Part shown: positions 61,187 to 64,000 of the stretch, one piece after another | How the letters are laid out: every line of letters starts with the position of its first letter | How positions within the stretch are numbered: the first letter of the stretch is position 1 | From: Alphaproteobacteria bacterium | GTDB lineage: Bacteria > Pseudomonadota > Alphaproteobacteria > JACZXZ01 | NCBI GenBank assembly: GCA_052143835.1 | Contig: JBKQRV010000067.1 | Coordinates: 1,461 to 65,460, forward strand | DNA length: 64,000 bases | Reading direction: 5' to 3' | The notes under the pieces: model-generated | Databases searched by the model: none | Seen by the model: only the letters and a program-made list of their open reading frames with translations | Told to the model about the DNA's origin: nothing | Translations under genes and position numbers: made by a program

Positions 61187-63400
61187 ATGACCATGGAAAA
61201 CACCATCTCGGCGAAGGCCGCGGGTTTCACGCAAAGGCTTGCGGTGCTCCTACCCCTCCCCTTGGCCGGCGCCTATGATTACGGCGTGCCCGAGGGCCTG
61301 GAGCTGGCGCCGGGCGATTTCGTGCAGGTACCGCTCGGCAGCCGCGTAACGATCGGCGTGGTCTGGGGCGAGGCCACGGGCGAGGTCGCCGCCCACAAGC
61401 TCAAGGCGGTCGACGGGCGCCTCGACACCCCGCCTCTCCCGGAGGCCGAGCGCCGCTTCATCGATTGGGTGGCCCATTACACCCTCTCCCCGCCGGGGGT
61501 CGTGCTGCGCATGGCGATGTCGGCCTCCCGCGCGCTCGAGCCGCCGCGGCCGAGCCTGGCCTATGCGCGCGCCACGGCCCCGCTTGAGGAGCTCGCGCTC
61601 AGGCTTACGCCCGAGCGCCGGCGCGTGCTGGCGCTCCTAGAGGATGGCCCGCCGCGCAGCCCGCTCGAGCTCGCGCGCGAGGCGGGTGTGACGCCCGGCG
61701 TCATCAAGGGCCTCTTCTCCGCGGGTGCGCTCGAGGCGGTGGCGCTCCCGCCTCCTTCTCCCTTTGCGCTGCCCGACCTCGACCACCCCGGCGTCGAGCT
61801 CTCAGCCGTGCAAGCGGCGGCCGCGGCCGCTTTGCGCGAGCGCGTGGCGGCAGGCGGCTTCAGCGTCACGCTGCTCGACGGCGTCACCGGCTCGGGCAAG
61901 ACCGAGGTCTATTTCGAGGCCATTGCCGCGGCCTTGCGCGCGGGGCGGCAGGCCCTCGTGCTGGTGCCCGAGATCGCCCTTACCCAGCAGTGGCTCGCGC
62001 GCTTCGAGCGTCGCTTCGGGGTCGCCCCCGCGGTATGGCACTCCAATCTCTCCTCCGCGGCACGGCGCGTGACCTGGCGCGCGATCGCGGAAGGGCGGGT
62101 GAAGGCGCTGGTGGGGGCCCGCTCGGCGCTTTTCCTGCCCTTCCCCGACCTTGGCCTCATCGTGGTCGACGAGGAGCACGACGCCTCCTTCAAGCAGGAG
62201 GACGGCGTCATCTACCATGCGCGCGACATGGCGGTGGTGCGGGGGCGCCTCGGCGGCCATGCCGTCGTCCTCGCCTCCGCCACCCCTTCGCTCGAGACGA
62301 TCGAGAACGTGCGCCAAGGCCGCTATCAGGTGCAGCACCTGCCCGACCGTCACGGCGGCGCCGCGCTGCCCGAGATCGGGGTCATCGACATGCGCGCCGA
62401 CGCGCCGGCGCGGCAATCCTGGCTCTCCCCGGCCTTGCGCCGGGCGCTCGCCGAGACGCTCGAGGCCGGCGAGCAGGCCATGCTCTTCCTCAATCGCCGC
62501 GGCTACGCGCCTTTGACGCTCTGCCGCGGCTGCGGCCACCGCCTGAAGTGCCCGCATTGCTCGGCCTGGCTCGTCGAGCATCGCCTGCTCGGGCGTCTGC
62601 AGTGCCATCACTGCGGCCACGCCGCGAGCGTGCCGCGAGCGTGCCCGGAATGCGGGGCTCACGCCAGCTTCGTCGCCTGCGGTCCGGGCATCGAGCGCCT
62701 TGCCGAGGAGGTAGCAGGGCTTTTGCCCGCGGCGCGCCTCGCGATCGTGGCGAGCGACACGCTCGGCGGCCCGGAGGAGATCGCCGAGCTCGTCCGCCAG
62801 GTCGAGGCGCGCGAGATCGACGTGCTGATCGGCACCCAGATCATCGCCAAGGGCCATCACTTCCCGATGCTGACCCTGGTCGGCGTCGTCGATGCGGACC
62901 TCGGGCTCGACGGCGGCGAGTTGCGCGCGGCGGAGCGCACCTACCAGCTCCTCTCGCAGGTGGCCGGTCGCGCCGGCCGCGAGATGCGGCCCGGCCGCGT
63001 CCTCTTGCAGACGTACCGGCCCGACCATCCGGTGATGCGGGCACTCCTCGCGGGGGAGCGCGAGAGCTTCCTCGCCGTCGAGGCGGAGATGCGGCGCCAG
63101 GCCGGCTTTCCCCCCTTCGGCCGGCTCGCCGCCCTCATCCTGGCGAGCCACGACGAGGCGGCCGTCGAGCGTGCCGCGCGCAGCTTCGGGCGCAAGGCGC
63201 CAAGGGGCGCCGGGATCGAGGTGCTGGGCCCGGCACCCGCACCCATGGCCCTTCTGCGCGGCCGCTTCCGCCGCCGCCTGCTGCTCAAGGCCGCGCGTGG
63301 AACCAACCTTCAGGCCGTGCTCACGAGCTGGCTCGCGCGGGTCGAGGTGCCGCCAAGCGTGCGCGTCGTGGTCGACGTCGATCCCTACAGCTTCCTTTGA
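61187..63400 (+). CDS. priA: Primosomal protein N' (replication restart helicase)
   Basis: [21 protein letters not shown], zinc-binding [28 protein letters not shown]. Confidence 0.95.
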   Translation: MTMENTISAKAAGFTQRLAVLLPLPLAGAYDYGVPEGLELAPGDFVQVPLGSRVTIGVVWGEATGEVAAHKLKAVDGRLDTPPLPEAERRFIDWVAHYTLSPPGVVLRMAMSASRALEPPRPSLAYARATAPLEELALRLTPERRRVLALLEDGPPRSPLELAREAGVTPGVIKGLFSAGALEAVALPPPSPFALPDLDHPGVELSAVQAAAAAALRERVAAGGFSVTLLDGVTGSGKTEVYFEAIAAALRAGRQALVLVPEIALTQQWLARFERRFGVAPAVWHSNLSSAARRVTWRAIAEGRVKALVGARSALFLPFPDLGLIVVDEEHDASFKQEDGVIYHARDMAVVRGRLGGHAVVLASATPSLETIENVRQGRYQVQHLPDRHGGAALPEIGVIDMRADAPARQSWLSPALRRALAETLEAGEQAMLFLNRRGYAPLTLCRGCGHRLKCPHCSAWLVEHRLLGRLQCHHCGHAASVPRACPECGAHASFVACGPGIERLAEEVAGLLPAARLAIVASDTLGGPEEIAELVRQVEAREIDVLIGTQIIAKGHHFPMLTLVGVVDADLGLDGGELRAAERTYQLLSQVAGRAGREMRPGRVLLQTYRPDHPVMRALLAGERESFLAVEAEMRRQAGFPPFGRLAALILASHDEAAVERAARSFGRKAPRGAGIEVLGPAPAPMALLRGRFRRRLLLKAARGTNLQAVLTSWLARVEVPPSVRVVVDVDPYSFL

Positions 63401-63643
63401 GGCGGCGCGCTATTGCGGGCAACGGGCCACCCTATCGGTTTCGCTCGATGATTCGGCGCGCCGGTCCTGATCCGCTTGACTCGATGGCCATCGGTGAAGT
63501 TGTATTATTGCAACGTGGGAGCGTGTGACCCGAGGCCCATGATAGTGCGGCTGCCTGCGGATAGAGAGCCGGGCACCGTCGGTCCGAGACGTTCGAGGGC
63601 CGCTCCCGCTTAGAGGCCGATCCGATCAGGTTCAAACACCCAG

Positions 63644-63705
63644 CGTCACCCCCGCGCAAGCGGGGGTCCAGACGCTGCTGGATTCCCGCTTTCGCGGGAA
63701 TGACG
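63644..63705. repeat. Family D inverted-repeat element, copy D4
   Basis: CGTCACCCCCGCGCAAGCGGGGGTCC...GGATTCCCGCTTTCGCGGGAATGACG. Confidence 0.85.
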
Positions 63706-63884
63706 AAGTGAATACCCGATTCAATTTGACTGGATCACGCTCTAGCCTCCGCCGCGCGCCAATCTCCAAATTTGCGACGAGTCGGCCGTCCGGGCAATGC
63801 CCGGCCGGGTCGCGCCGTTGTGCGCTCCGGCTCGTCCCAACTGCCGATGCATCCTTTAACCCCTCAGCAAGGAGGAACGCTCCC

Positions 63885-64000
63885 ATGGACCCCAGGCCCA
63901 AGAAGAACATCCTGCGCGATGACGACGACAACCCGGTGTACGACAAGGTCGACCATCGCGTCATCGAAATGCCGCCCGGCGAGGATCCTCATTTCTTCGT
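63885..64000 (+). CDS. 5' end of an unidentified gene running off the right edge
   Basis: AAGGAGGA RBS 8 nt before the ATG; MDPRPKKNILRDDDDNPVYDKVDHRVIEMPPGEDPHFF. I do not recognise the family. Confidence 0.5.
   Translation, partial: MDPRPKKNILRDDDDNPVYDKVDHRVIEMPPGEDPHFF

Noticed and set aside
63541-63610. Guanidine-I (ykkC) riboswitch, suggested by GGTCCGAGA
   Set aside because: Only that short block matches. The characteristic ACACGG..GGGA..AAAGCCCGGGAGA 3' half and the CTAGGGTTCCG 5' part are absent.

Overview
High-G+C (by eye roughly 65-70%) chromosomal segment. Gene content and order look alphaproteobacterial (Rhizobiales-like); that assignment is an inference from synteny, not a search result. 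I support about 60 CDS, mostly housekeeping: pcm, pgk, dapF-mtaB-ftsY, ffh-rpsP-rimM-trmD-rplS-leuC-leuD-leuB, asd, pdxY, sdhCDAB, mdh-sucCDAB-lpdA, xerC, tal and priA. I recognised no rRNA, tRNA or CRISPR array. Accessory content includes a phage-type integrase running off the left edge, a low-G+C islet with a lysozyme-like ORF, and an RHH-MNT/HepT toxin-antitoxin pair with a perfect 22-bp palindromic operator candidate. It also includes a secreted caspase-family protein, a DUF2442-HTH fusion and a substrate-binding-protein gene fragment. Intergenic DNA carries at least four families of palindromic REP/MITE-like repeats. One is nested inside another, and one is flanked by an 11-bp direct repeat. 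The most unusual feature is a 2.1-kb ORF-free interval (33.4-35.5 kb) between a MaoC-family dehydratase gene and sdhC. Read on the minus strand it forms two tandem modules. Each has an AT-rich head with a conserved block containing a perfect DnaA-box 9-mer, and a GC-rich body of about 0.5 kb. Each ends in a shared Y-shaped hairpin that shows one compensatory base-pair change between copies. The first body is dense in CUUCGG and GNRA-capped hairpins. I cannot assign either body to an RNA family I know. Function, transcription and even strand are unproven. Gene starts are approximate because the ORF track extends to the first ATG/GTG/TTG.
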